A program made the position numbers and the translations under genes. The notes below the pieces were generated by a model, which had not been told where the DNA came from, ran no database searches, and worked only from the letters and a program-made list of their open reading frames with translations. From an uncultured delta proteobacterium (GTDB taxonomy: Bacteria > Desulfobacterota > Syntrophobacteria > BM002), in the NCBI GenBank assembly GCA_963712115.1, contig CAVQGX010000030.1, forward strand, positions 64,001 through 128,000: DNA of 64,000 nt, in the 5' to 3' direction. Positions 18,407 to 29,300 of the stretch are shown here, in pieces (within the stretch, counting starts at the first letter, position 1; the number at the start of each line of letters is the position of its first letter).

Positions 18407-18778
18407 CTAAGGAATCAACATTACACCTGATTCTCTCTGGACAGCAGCAGAGATAAGCCAACTGCTCTTGTCGGAGATATCGGTAAAGCTTATACCTATC
18501 TCATAATATGCGGGTTTATCACAAGCACTGCAGTGGATTACTCGAGCAGGAATATTTAGCGGACGGACTAGGGAGGGTACATGGATAGTGATATCAACTT
18601 TCTCTTCTGGCTCTAAAGGCTCCTGACAGAGGATGAGGGCTCCATCTACTGTAATGTTCAGTGTTTCACCTTTGATTTTCCCTTGATCGGTCTGGACGAT
18701 CACGGACCATCTGACTTTAGCTCTGGGACGTTGGCGCTTTTCGCTGTCGTATGACACGGTTATGCCTCTCTGGAACAA
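18407..18778 (-). CDS. PilZ domain protein
   Basis: EKRQRPR (RxxxR) and NITVDGA (D/NxSxxG-like) motifs. The start may be GTG 18757. Confidence 0.85.
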   Translation of the reverse strand: MFQRGITVSYDSEKRQRPRAKVRWSVIVQTDQGKIKGETLNITVDGALILCQEPLEPEEKVDITIHVPSLVRPLNIPARVIHCSACDKPAYYEIGISFTDISDKSSWLISAAVQRESGVMLIP

Positions 18779-18919
18779 CCAAACTCGTCAATTGGCATCG
18801 GAGCAATGGAGCGGTCAAGTGAATTGGCACACCTTAACAGAAAGTTACAAACCATGTAAGTTAAAAGATATGATCCAGAGTCAAAAATCGATGGCTTTAT
18901 CGCTAAAGACGGCGAGCTG

Positions 18920-19102
18920 TTTTGGACTACTGTCATAATGGAGGAATAGAAATTCCAAATCACAATCACTAAGGTGTCAGGTTTCGGGTGTCAGGTGTCA
19001 GGAAAAAAACCACAAAGACTAAAAGCTGAAACCTGAACACTGAAACCTGAAACCCGGAAATCTGGTGCTTGGAGTTTGAGATTTCATAGAATCCATCACT
19101 CC
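18920..19102. repeat. Nested element: family D inside family C inside TGGAG/CTCCA-type arms
   Basis: aaattccaaatcacaatcac [ggtgtcagg...ctgaaacc, 18973-19054] aatctggtgcttggagtttgagattt. The outer arms match the element at 37773-37960. Confidence 0.8.
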
Positions 19103-19284
19103 GGCTGAAGGAAAGCCTCTAAAATGTTCCTCTCTGGACTGGAGATTTACTGCGTGATAGTATCGAGGACTCTGGTTTCAATTATAGTGAAGAGAGAGTT
19201 CGTAAATCTCAAATCCCAAGCACGAAACAAGTCAGATGCCCGATGTGGGATATGAGATGTGAGATATGATAAAGGTCAAGGAAT

Positions 19285-20547
19285 TTGAGCAAAATCCAAA
19301 AGACAACTATCGGTTACATCCTCAAGGGTTATCCCCGTATTAGTGAAACCTTTATTTCAAATGAAATATATTTGCTGGAACAACTCGGTTTCTCACTTCA
19401 TCTTTTTTCCATGCGCGAGCCCCGCGAATCGTTCACTCACGAGAGTGTGAACCAAATTCGGGCAGCAGCGGACTATCTTCCTTCCACTCTTCTCAAGCCT
19501 TTGCCGCGCCTGCTCTACCACAATTTCAAACTGGCGAGACAGCGTCCCGAAGCTTATTCTGAAGCCTTACGGTTGATGATCACCCGCTTTCGGCGGACCA
19601 GGAAAATCGCCACCATTAAGCACTTACTCCAGGCAGGCTACCTCGTCCATGCTCTGCTTCCAGGTACAGGTGTTCGCCACCTGCACGCTCACTTTGCTCA
19701 TTCACCGACATCAGTGGCATTGTTTGCCCACAAACTATGCAATCTACCCTTCAGCTTCAGCGCCCATGCCAAGGATATCTATACTTCCGACCAACGTCAG
19801 CTCCAAGAGAAAATCGCTTTGGCTAAATTCGTCGTTACCTGCACTGAATACAACCGTCGTTTTCTGCAAGAATTGGCTTCAGATGGGCCCTCTATTCACC
19901 GAGTCTACCATGGCATCGATGCCGGACTTTTTTCAGGGCAATCTGAGTCTCGGAAACCTTCACCTCCATACCGGATCCTCAGCATTGCCCGTCTGGTTGA
20001 GAAGAAGGGTCTACCCACTGTTTTTCGTGCACTGCGGAATCTCCTCGACCATGGATATTCGCTACACTACACTCTAATCGGCGATGGCGAAGAGAGACGA
20101 TCAATCTTGAATCAACTACATAATCTGGGGCTCGAAACTATTTGTACTTGGCTGGGCACCCAGCCTCACCACAGGGTCATTGATGAGTACAGGAAAGCTG
20201 ACCTTTTCGTCTTGGGATGTGAAGTGGCAAGCAACGGCGACCGGGATGGTATTCCCAATGTTTTTCTGGAGAGCATGGCCATGGGAGTACCAGTTTTGGC
20301 CACCCGAGTCTCGGCTATCCCAGAACTTGTGGAGGATGGTCGAACTGGACTCCTAGTGGACCCTGGTGAACACGAGGAAATGGCGCAATGCATGGTTAAG
20401 TTGCTAGGTGATGAGGAACTGCGGCACAGGATAATTGCCGCAGCGCGCCGGCGTGTCAGGAAAGAATTCAATAACCGAGAGCTCATTCAACAGTTAGCGG
20501 CGGTATTTGAAGAGGCTGGACTAAAGAGGACAAGCAAGGGAGATTAA
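19285..20547 (+). CDS. Glycosyltransferase family 4 (WcaL-like)
   Basis: YPRISETFI, HLHAHFAH, AHAKDIY, RLVEKKG and DRDGIPNVFLESMA. Confidence 0.9.
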   Translation: MSKIQKTTIGYILKGYPRISETFISNEIYLLEQLGFSLHLFSMREPRESFTHESVNQIRAAADYLPSTLLKPLPRLLYHNFKLARQRPEAYSEALRLMITRFRRTRKIATIKHLLQAGYLVHALLPGTGVRHLHAHFAHSPTSVALFAHKLCNLPFSFSAHAKDIYTSDQRQLQEKIALAKFVVTCTEYNRRFLQELASDGPSIHRVYHGIDAGLFSGQSESRKPSPPYRILSIARLVEKKGLPTVFRALRNLLDHGYSLHYTLIGDGEERRSILNQLHNLGLETICTWLGTQPHHRVIDEYRKADLFVLGCEVASNGDRDGIPNVFLESMAMGVPVLATRVSAIPELVEDGRTGLLVDPGEHEEMAQCMVKLLGDEELRHRIIAAARRRVRKEFNNRELIQQLAAVFEEAGLKRTSKGD

Positions 20548-20571
20548 TCCGTTTTTCATCGGAGGTAAGCG

Positions 20572-21786
20572 TTGGATCCCGAACCATCCGGTGTTCTTCA
20601 GGGCAGGACGCATGCTCGTATGCGCATTGCTTTTTATGCCCCTTTAAAACCGTTGGACCACCCCCGTCCCTCCGGGGACCTGGTAATAGGTACCGGTCTT
20701 TATCATTTTCTGCAAGGTCGTGGACATGGGTTAGGAAAAATCAGCCGGCTCCGCGCTCGCTGGATTTACTGGAAACCTTGGCTTTGGCCCCAGGTTGTTC
20801 GACATCGAAATCGGTCCTTTTACCATTGCCGCAAAATGGCAGCTGATCTTTGGCTGACCTATCACAGCTATTACAAAGCACCGGACCTACTTGGTCCACA
20901 CTGTTGCCGCCGTCTCGGCATACCCTATGTGATCTTTCAAGGCATCTACTCAACTAAGCGGCGAAAGCACTGGACTACTTGGGGTGGGTTTGTCTTGAAT
21001 CGGCAAGCACTTTTGGCTGCGCACCACGTTTTTACCAACAGGAAAGAAGATTTGGTCAACCTGGCAAGAATAGTGCCCGAAAAAAGTCTTACCTATGTGG
21101 CGCCTGGTATCTTTCCCGAACAGTTCTGTTTTGATTCGTCGTCTCGTAAGCAACTGCGGCGGCATATGGACATTTCTGAAGGGATAGTAGTGGTTACCGC
21201 TGCCATGTTCCGACCAGGGATCAAGACCGAGGGACTCTCTTGGGTAATTCGCTCATGTGGCGAGCTTTATAGAGAGAATGTTCCTTTGTATTTGCTCATA
21301 GCTGGCGATGGTAAAGAAGGCCCCCGTCTTCGCCAGATGGCCGATCACTGGCTCCCAGGGCGAGTTCGATTTCTTGGCAAGGTGGCACGAGAGGAGATGT
21401 ATCGTTTTTACAGCGCCGGAGATTTATTTGTCTTTCCCGGTATTCGTGAGTCCTTGGGTATGGTTTATTTAGAGGCTCAGTCCTGCGGTCTACCGGTAGT
21501 GGCCTTTGCTGACGGGGGTGTACCGGAGGTGGTTGAAGATGAAGTGAGCGGATTTCTGGTGCGGCCCTTCGATCTAAGGGGATTCAATCAAGCTATTGCT
21601 CGGCTAATGAATGATTCCGGCATGAGAAGACAAATGGGAAAGGCTGCGAGCAGTTACGTTCGGAGTCGGCACGATCTGAATAAAAATTATCGAATCGTGG
21701 AGGATATTTTGCTGGGGCTTGTTCAGGACCAGAGATCAGAGGTCGGAGGTCAGAGGTCAGAGGTCAGGGTTAAAGCTGATCTCTGA
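20572..21786 (+). CDS. Glycosyltransferase family 4
   Basis: RIAFYAPLK...PSGD, YYKAPD and ESLGMVYLEAQ. The last ~18 codons are family A repeat. Confidence 0.88.
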   Translation: MDPEPSGVLQGRTHARMRIAFYAPLKPLDHPRPSGDLVIGTGLYHFLQGRGHGLGKISRLRARWIYWKPWLWPQVVRHRNRSFYHCRKMAADLWLTYHSYYKAPDLLGPHCCRRLGIPYVIFQGIYSTKRRKHWTTWGGFVLNRQALLAAHHVFTNRKEDLVNLARIVPEKSLTYVAPGIFPEQFCFDSSSRKQLRRHMDISEGIVVVTAAMFRPGIKTEGLSWVIRSCGELYRENVPLYLLIAGDGKEGPRLRQMADHWLPGRVRFLGKVAREEMYRFYSAGDLFVFPGIRESLGMVYLEAQSCGLPVVAFADGGVPEVVEDEVSGFLVRPFDLRGFNQAIARLMNDSGMRRQMGKAASSYVRSRHDLNKNYRIVEDILLGLVQDQRSEVGGQRSEVRVKADL

Positions 21787-21848
21787 CATCCGACCTCTGA
21801 CCTCTGGGATGGACGACTTGAACTCATTGACCAATTGACGAACTGACT
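21730..21848. repeat. Family A element overlapping the GT4 stop codon
   Basis: cagagatcagaggtcggaggtcagaggtcagaggtcagggttaaagctgatctctgacatccgacctctgacctctgggatggacg. Confidence 0.9.
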
Positions 21849-21862
21849 TTTAGCAAGGAAGA

Positions 21863-22465
21863 GTGAGCCAAATGGTTACCCGTTTCGCCCTGCTGCGGCA
21901 TGCTGAGACCGAATGGAACCGAGAGAAACGCATCCAGGGTCAACAGGATGCACCTCTAACATCCCACGGGCGACAGCAGGCACAGCGGTGGGGGCTAGCT
22001 CTTGCACGCTATGAATTGGATCATATGATTACCAGCGACCTGGGGAGAGCGAGCCTTACAGGCACATTGATAAACCTAAATCTGGATCTGCCTCGCTCCG
22101 AGGAACCCAGGCTAAGAGAGCAGGACTGGGGTCGCTGGGCAGGCCTTAATTTTTCTGATCTTCTCAAGGTGAAAGAACTCAGAGCACAGGAAAAAATGGG
22201 ATGGCATTTCCGGCCACTTGAGGGTGAGAGTCGTCTGGAGGTTCTTGAGCGAAGCCGTCAGGCACTGATGGATGCTGCTAGCAGATTGAAAGGTAAACGG
22301 GTGCTGGTAGTCACCCATGGAGGAGTAATTAAATGTCTCCTTTATCGGCTTTTTCGCAGAGATTTCTTGCCAGAGGAACCTCCATTGCTGGAACCATATC
22401 GCTTGCATTGGCTGAGTTACGATGGCCGGGGTTTTCAAATTGATCGGTTGAATGAAGAAATTTAG
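21863..22465 (+). CDS. Histidine phosphatase (phosphoglycerate mutase family)
   Basis: LRHAET..N, SDLGRA, LREQDWG, GES and VTHGG. Confidence 0.9.
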   Translation: MSQMVTRFALLRHAETEWNREKRIQGQQDAPLTSHGRQQAQRWGLALARYELDHMITSDLGRASLTGTLINLNLDLPRSEEPRLREQDWGRWAGLNFSDLLKVKELRAQEKMGWHFRPLEGESRLEVLERSRQALMDAASRLKGKRVLVVTHGGVIKCLLYRLFRRDFLPEEPPLLEPYRLHWLSYDGRGFQIDRLNEEI

Positions 22466-22499
22466 AATAGTACGCCAAGCTCCAAATCCCAGTATTCTT

Positions 22500-22615
22500 G
22501 GTGTCAGGTATCATTTAGCTACCAGGTCTCGGGTGTCAGGGCTGTGGGTTTCAGGTTTCGGGTGTCAGGAAAAAGAAAAATAGAGGGTAAAACCTGACAC
22601 CTGAACACTGAAACC
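22500..22615. repeat. Family D element
   Basis: ggtgtcagg/ggtttcagg arrays ... aaacctgacacctgaacactgaaacc. Confidence 0.8.
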
Positions 22616-22729
22616 TTAATAATTGTGATTTGTCTGAAATTTTCACTTACCCTCGTGCTGTAATGCTCTAGGAAACTTCAACCATGGTACATGGGTTGTT
22701 TACACATAAGAGGTTTTAGCGGGAAGCGG

Positions 22730-23905
22730 ATGAGAATCATCCAATATTGCCAACATGTCTTGGGTATTGGCCACTATTTTCGCAGCTTAGAGATTGCTCG
22801 GGCTCTCCACCGTCATGAGATTGCGCTGGTGACCGGTGGTCCCCCATTGGAGGTCAATTTGCCAAGCCATGTCACCGAATACAGGCTGCCGGGATTGCAG
22901 ATGGATGGAGCTTTCACTGTTGTATCCCCAACCGATGCAAACCGCTCCTTGGATGAGGTGAAGGAGGAGAGAAAGACACTCCTCTATTCACTTTTCGAAA
23001 AAACCGCACCTGACCTTTTTCTGATTGAGCTCTACCCCTTCGGACGAAAAAGTTTCGGCTTTGAGATACTGCCCCTATTAGAGGCTATTCACCGGGGTGA
23101 CTTCTCCTCAACCAAAGTAGTCTGCAGCCTGCGTGACATTTTGGTGGAAAAGAAAAGTCAGAAAACTTACGAGCAAAGGGTATTGGATGTCCTTAATAAA
23201 TATTTTGATGGACTATTAGTGCATGCCGATGAAACCCTGGTATCTCTAGGCGAGACCTTCGAAAGCACAGACAGAATCAAAATTCCTGTAGTCTACACAG
23301 GCTTCGTCACTCCTCGGCCAAACGCTGATCGAGGGAGAAAAATCAGAAAACGCTTGGGCCTTAAAAGGGATGAAGCCTTAGTTGTAGCCAGCGCCGGGGG
23401 AGGAAGAGTAGGGGATAGTCTTCTCAGGGCAGTGGTTGAGGCCTATGCTCGGTTGACTGGCGAAAGACGATTACGCCTCTGCGTTTTCACCGGTCCCTTT
23501 ATGGCAGAGGCGGATTTCTCGGCCCTCTCAGACCGGGTAGCCTCATTGCCTGGCGTACAGTTGGAGCGATTCACTGCCGATTTCCTTTCCTATCTGGCTG
23601 CGGCAGATCTTTCTATTAGTATGGCGGGCTACAACACTTGCATGAATATTTTGGCAGCGGAGGTTCCTTCACTGGTCTTTCCATTTGCTCAGAATAGGGA
23701 GCAGCGAATTAGGGCGGAAAAGCTCGCAGCCCTAGGGGGTTTGAGTCTACTAAAGGAGGAGGATCTGGAACCGTCACGTTTGGCGAGCCTCATGGCTGAA
23801 GTCCTCAATTCAGGAATAAAGGTTGTCAGGGTAGCAGTCAATCTGGATGGAGCCCGAGAGACAGCACGGTGGCTTGAGCATTGGCATGAAAGCACATCCC
23901 CATGA
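22730..23905 (+). CDS. GT-B glycosyltransferase (COG4671-like), paralogue of 16762-17985
   Basis: YCQHVLGIGH, ELYPFGR, CSLRDIL, SAGGGRVG, MAGYNT and EQRIRA. Confidence 0.88.
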   Translation: MRIIQYCQHVLGIGHYFRSLEIARALHRHEIALVTGGPPLEVNLPSHVTEYRLPGLQMDGAFTVVSPTDANRSLDEVKEERKTLLYSLFEKTAPDLFLIELYPFGRKSFGFEILPLLEAIHRGDFSSTKVVCSLRDILVEKKSQKTYEQRVLDVLNKYFDGLLVHADETLVSLGETFESTDRIKIPVVYTGFVTPRPNADRGRKIRKRLGLKRDEALVVASAGGGRVGDSLLRAVVEAYARLTGERRLRLCVFTGPFMAEADFSALSDRVASLPGVQLERFTADFLSYLAAADLSISMAGYNTCMNILAAEVPSLVFPFAQNREQRIRAEKLAALGGLSLLKEEDLEPSRLASLMAEVLNSGIKVVRVAVNLDGARETARWLEHWHESTSP

Positions 23906-24711
23906 GTTGGAACAAAAATTCTCTCCCCCTATACCGTCGGGTACCTTTTGACATCGAGCATCTTTTGCACAGGTGCCTGGAGGAAGCTGCAGCTAAACTT
24001 CAAAAAGGCACCAGAGTTAGCGTTTTTTTTAGGGCGGATGACATTGGTGTGCCTGGAGAAGGCTTTGCTAAGCTGGTTGATCTTTTTCGCCGTAAGCGGG
24101 TTCCTTTAACTCTCGCTGTAGTCCCGGCTTGGCTTACCAGACCTCGCTGGCAACAGCTGCAAGACCTTTGTGGTAAAGACCGGCGGTTGTGGTGTTGGAC
24201 CCAGCATGGCTGGCGCCATGTCAATCACGAGCCCCGGGGAAAGAAGCTGGAGTTCGGCCCTAGCAGACCAGCTTCCCGAAAGCGGGAAGACCTTTGGTTA
24301 GGTTTTCAGCGGTTGAGCGAACTTATGGGTGAGGTATTCGTTCCCGCCTTTACTCCACCCTGGAACAGGTGCGACGAAGAAACTCTCAATGCTCTACAGG
24401 GGTTGGGTTACCAGGCCCTATCCAGGAGCTTGGGTGCGCAACCACCTGCTCCAGTCACAGTTACTGAGTATCCTGTAAGCGTAGACCTCCACACCAGAAA
24501 AGAACAAGATGCTGGCGATGGCTGGCAGAACCTTTGTGGAGAACTTAGAGAGAATTTGGCTAATGGCTTCTGCGGAGTTATGGTTCACCATCAAAGGATG
24601 AATCAGGAGGCTTTTGTTTTTTTGGATCTACTTTTGGATAAGCTCAAGCGATGGCACTATGGGCGACTTGTCCATCTGGGTACCCTGATGGACGAAGATT
24701 ATAAACCGTAG
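23902..24711 (+). CDS. Polysaccharide deacetylase-like (NodB fold) protein
   Basis: FRADD, LAVVP, QHGWRH, FTPPWNR and MVHH; overlaps the previous stop (ATGA). Confidence 0.82.
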   Translation: MSWNKNSLPLYRRVPFDIEHLLHRCLEEAAAKLQKGTRVSVFFRADDIGVPGEGFAKLVDLFRRKRVPLTLAVVPAWLTRPRWQQLQDLCGKDRRLWCWTQHGWRHVNHEPRGKKLEFGPSRPASRKREDLWLGFQRLSELMGEVFVPAFTPPWNRCDEETLNALQGLGYQALSRSLGAQPPAPVTVTEYPVSVDLHTRKEQDAGDGWQNLCGELRENLANGFCGVMVHHQRMNQEAFVFLDLLLDKLKRWHYGRLVHLGTLMDEDYKP

Positions 24712-24798
24712 GAGGTAGGGAGTTGATTCGCTGTTTCCCCCGTATCCCATTTATGTTATTTTGATCATCTTTGACCTATTAATATTTAGAGCAGCGAA

Positions 24799-25488
24799 GT
24801 GGTCATGTTAAATAAAGCCACAGGTAAGAAAACAGAGATCTCCAGGCAGGTGGTCCTTCCTTTTAAGAAATCTCTAGAAATCAGTTTTAAAAGCATCCGG
24901 GTTAGATTTTTTCGCTCTATGATTACCACCATGAGTCTGGTACTGGCTGTTTCATTTCTGAGTTTTGTGCGGGTTGGTACGGATGCAGCCAATGGCCTAC
25001 TGGCGACTGGAGATCCAGAACTGCATCAGAGTTTGTTAAATGCCGGTTATGACTTGGAACCGGGGGTCACTTCCACAGGAAGCAGTGCCAAGGAACGTTG
25101 GATCGTTATTCTCTCACTGCTCGTTTGTGTGGTGGGTATCGTTAATGCCCAGCTCATGGCAGTGACTGAACGTTTTCGTGAAATTGGCACTATCAAGTGC
25201 TTGGGGGCATTGGACAGTTTTGTCTTGCGCCTTTTTGTTTTAGAAGCAGGGATGCAAGGATTGGCAGGTGCCGGTCTCGGCTCTCTCTTGGGAGCTGTGG
25301 CTGCTTTGCTCAGTGGCCTTATTCGTTTCGGATTTGTGGCCTGGCAGAATATCTCCTGGTTGGCGGTGTTGTTGTCCATTGCCTTTGCTACAGCCATAGG
25401 CTGTCTTCTGAGCCTGCTGGGTGTCATGTATCCAGCCATGGTCGCCGCCCGGATGCAACCAGTAGAAGCCATGAGGGTTGAGCAATGA
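24799..25488 (+). CDS. Small FtsX/MacB-type ABC permease
   Basis: GIVNAQLMAVTERFREIGTIKCLGA...PAMVAARMQPVEAMR; about 4 TM helices. Confidence 0.88.
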   Translation: MVMLNKATGKKTEISRQVVLPFKKSLEISFKSIRVRFFRSMITTMSLVLAVSFLSFVRVGTDAANGLLATGDPELHQSLLNAGYDLEPGVTSTGSSAKERWIVILSLLVCVVGIVNAQLMAVTERFREIGTIKCLGALDSFVLRLFVLEAGMQGLAGAGLGSLLGAVAALLSGLIRFGFVAWQNISWLAVLLSIAFATAIGCLLSLLGVMYPAMVAARMQPVEAMRVEQ

Positions 25489-25505
25489 GGCTATGGCAAA
25501 TGAGC

Positions 25506-25567
25506 TAAAATGAAGCAAAGCATTTAAAATGCCTAAAGTGTCTAAAATGCCTAAAGTGTCTAAAATA
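25506..25567. repeat. Nonamer tandem repeat (CTAAARTGY)n, single arm
   Basis: taaaatgcctaaagtgtctaaaatgcctaaagtgtctaaaat. Confidence 0.7.
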
Positions 25568-25611
25568 GTCATGTCAACAAATTTGATGCTTACTGTAGCG
25601 ACCGAATAGAT

Positions 25612-26349
25612 ATGACAGAAATGCACAACATAGTTCGAGTTTCTGCTGTTACCAAAGTCTTCAAGCTCAAGAAGCACAGAGTGGAAGCCCTCCGTGGTGT
25701 TGATCTGGAAATCCGTTCCGGTGAGTACCTCTCAATCATGGGGCCGTCGGGATCAGGCAAAAGCACACTTTTCAACATGATCGGAGGCTTGGACAAGCCC
25801 ACTTCCGGTAAGGTTTTTATCGATGAAGTGGATATCGCCCAACTGGATGCCTACGAGTTGGCCTGGCTGCGCTGTCGAAAAATTGGCTACATTTTCCAAA
25901 CATTCAACCTGATCCAGGTTATGACTGCCCTGGAGAACGTAACTCTGCCAATGATCTTTGGCGGAATGCATAATGATGCTGCGGTACAAAAAGGTTTAGA
26001 TTTACTGGGCCTGGTGGGTCTGGGAGATAGATTCAACCACAAACCCTCCGAGCTATCTGGAGGTCAACAGCAGCGTGTGGCGATTGCCCGGGCAATGGCA
26101 AACGACCCAGCCATTATCCTGGCGGATGAGCCTACGGGAAATCTGGATCTGACTACAGGCGAAGAAATCATTGAATTGCTGAAACGGTTGAGTGAAGAGA
26201 AAGGTGTCACCATCATTTCGGCCACCCATGACTTCAAAATGCTTAGCGTCTCTGATCGTGTCGTCTGGATTCGAGATGGCCGAATAGATAAGGTCGAGGA
26301 GCGAGAACAACTGTCCATCTCGGTGGGTGAAATAGCCCACCGCCCCTAA
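25612..26349 (+). CDS. ABC transporter ATP-binding protein (LolD/MacB-like)
   Basis: GPSGSGKS, LSGGQQQR, ILADEPTGNLD and ATHD. Confidence 0.95.
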   Translation: MTEMHNIVRVSAVTKVFKLKKHRVEALRGVDLEIRSGEYLSIMGPSGSGKSTLFNMIGGLDKPTSGKVFIDEVDIAQLDAYELAWLRCRKIGYIFQTFNLIQVMTALENVTLPMIFGGMHNDAAVQKGLDLLGLVGLGDRFNHKPSELSGGQQQRVAIARAMANDPAIILADEPTGNLDLTTGEEIIELLKRLSEEKGVTIISATHDFKMLSVSDRVVWIRDGRIDKVEEREQLSISVGEIAHRP

Positions 26350-26396
26350 CCCAACATCCCTAAACGGGAGCAATCCCGGATAGCAATAACCGTGAC

Positions 26397-29300
26397 ATGG
26401 GCAAATTCACTGAGCTATTTCGCAGGTCCAAAGTCTGGCAGGTAATCAGTCCCTTGATTTTGATCGGTGGATTATTTTGTTTTGCCGCCCAAGTTGTCTG
26501 GGCCGCTGAGACCAGTGAAGATCTGATCAGACAACTAGCTGAACTAGGGGACCGGAGTACAGGAACTCCCGGCTGCAGTAAGGCGGCAGACCAGATTGAA
26601 AAGGCTTTTAAAGCTCTGGGAATTGAACGCGTGGGCCGGCAACGTTTTCTTCTGCCAGTCACCCAATACCAGCCTTCCTATCTCACCCTAAAGGGGCAAC
26701 GCACGCCGATAAAACCACTTCGGCTCAACGCACTGAGCCCACAAGCTACCCCGGCGACGGGTATTGAAGGACCTCTTTATTATGTGGGACGAGGCCAACT
26801 CCAGGATTTCAACTCCATCAAGGTGGCAGGTAGCATCATCCTGATGGAGTTGGATTCTGGGAAGAATTGGCTAAATGCTCCTATGCTGGGAGCAAGGGCC
26901 CTGATCTACGTGGACCGCGGTCCTACTTCCAAATGGTTCTTTGAAGATAAACGTGAGCTGACCTCCCTGGAATTTCCCCGCTTTTGGCTGCCACTTTCCC
27001 AGGCAAGATCGTTATTTGGCTCTTTTGAAACCGCAGCGAATGGTTTGATTGCTTCTAAGGTATTGCTCAATTCCAGTGGCGGATGGCGGCGAGTTCAGGG
27101 GGAAAACATCTACGCACTCATCGAAGGAAAAAGCCCAGAGCTCAAAGAGCAGCTTCTTGTGGTGGAGGCGTTTTATGACAGCACGGGTTTGATACCAGGT
27201 ATGTCTCCTGGTGCTGACGAGGCTAGTAGCATCTTCTCCCTGCTAAATCTGGCCCGTAGTCTCAGTGATAATCCTCCAGGAAGATCTGTACTTCTATTGG
27301 CGACCAGTGGGCATGCCCAAACCCTCGCTGGGATGAGAGAGTTTACTTGGCCTCTTCGATCCAAAAGAAGAGATCAAAAAAAGGTGGAGAGCGAACTGAA
27401 AGACCGCATCAAGCGAGCCAATGAGGCTCTGGAAGTCCTAGAAGAGCCTCTGGTTCTTGAGCAAGCGAGGGGAGAGGCGGCTGACCGCTTGCGCAAAACT
27501 TTGGCAGAGCAGATCAAAAGCGAGGTGGATTCACTAAGTCAGAGGCTGATAAAGCTTCGCCTGGAGCAGGGTGGGGAGAAAAATCAAAGACTGATAGATG
27601 AGCTGGCTGAGCGGCGCCTTCTTCTGCGCCGGCTTGGCTGGCGTAGTTCTTACCAGGGTATTGAGGGTGAAGAGCTGAAGCTATTGGAGGAGTTGATTCC
27701 GGCGGCAATCGAGGAAAACCAGACCATTCTCGAGGACGGTCGGGAGCAAATGAAATGCTGGCGGAGCACTGGTCGGTTGCGAAGGCTCATGAGCGATTTT
27801 GAACTCACCGCCTTCATTTCACTGCATCTTTCCAGCCATGGCAACGGAGTTGGCGCTTTCAATTACGGTTTTATGTATGATTTGAAACCACAAATTAATC
27901 GCACAGGGATCTACGCACCCATCAACCGTATATTGAATCGTCTGAGTCAAGAGGTTGAAAAGGAACTGGGCCTGAGCAATCTTTTTCAGGACACCTTGCG
28001 GCCTAGCCCATTGCGACCATGGCAGAGCTACCTTCCCGACCGACCTGCCCTGGGTGGAGAGGTAAGTGCACTGGCGGGATTTCTGGGACTTACCTTGGCC
28101 ACCCTGAACGACGCCCGCCCATTCTGGGGAACACCCTATGATATGCCAGGGAAGTTGAACCTGGCTTATCTGGAGCAACAAAGTCGATGGATTTCTTCTC
28201 TGATTGAGAAGCTGACCTACGAGCCGGAATTGGTTTCTGATCGTCTTCCCCTGAGGGGTTTTTCATCCCTTGTCGGTCGGGCAAACTTTATTCGCCAGGG
28301 AGAACTGTTCGCTGATCAACCTGCCCCTGGAACTCTGATTCTCGCTTATCAGGGACCCAGCCTGTTTTACACCATGGTAGACTCCGGCGGTTTGTTTAGT
28401 GTTAGAGGTCTTGTCGACCGCAAAAACACCAGTCACAAAGCTATTCTGGAAGGTTTTCGTTTCAGTCAAAAGAGCGGACAGATCATTTGGGCTATTGACA
28501 AGGCCGCGACCGGCAAAGACGCCTACCGGATCAAGATGACACGCAGCTTAATGGAGGCGGACCTAGTCATGTTCGCTTGTCGGGCGACCACCTTGTTCAA
28601 TCTCCTGGAGCCCCGCACTTTCAGCTATATGACAAGGATTAACTTGATAGACGGGAGGAGCGAGGCTAAACCACTGCGCTACTGGTGGAGCAGAATCGAT
28701 ACCCGCGCTTCCACTCTGGCCAACATATTTTTAGAGCCTATTACACCATTCAAGCTGACCCTTTCGGATACAGTGCTCAAGAGGAAACTTATTTTGCTAA
28801 ATTCCGATGCCTCCAAACCAGAGGGCAGAGGATATCGAGTTGAGCAGTGGCCAATCATTGCTGCCACAGAATACCGGGTTGCAAGAGATATGTGGCACCT
28901 CCTGCTACCGCGTATAGCCAATTTGGAGAATCACGGTATCAAGAATGAACGAATTCGCGCACTTCAAAGGGAAGGCATTGAGGCTCTGGAACGCGCCGAG
29001 GAAGCACTGGAAAATCTGCGTTACGATCGCTTTATGGAAGAGGCCAGGACCTCCTGGGCTTTGGCCAGCCGTATTTACAATGATATAGAAAAAACACAGA
29101 AAGACGTTCTCTTCGGGGTGCTATTCTACATAGCCCTTTTTGTTCCTTTCGCCTATTGCCTCGAACGTTTGCTTTTTGCTTTGGTTGATATCCACAAAAG
29201 AATCGTTGCCTTCTTAGCGATTTTGGGGCTGATTATCGCAGTGATTTACCTGGTCCATCCGGCATTTCGGCTCACCTACAGTCCTTTAGTGGTAATACTT

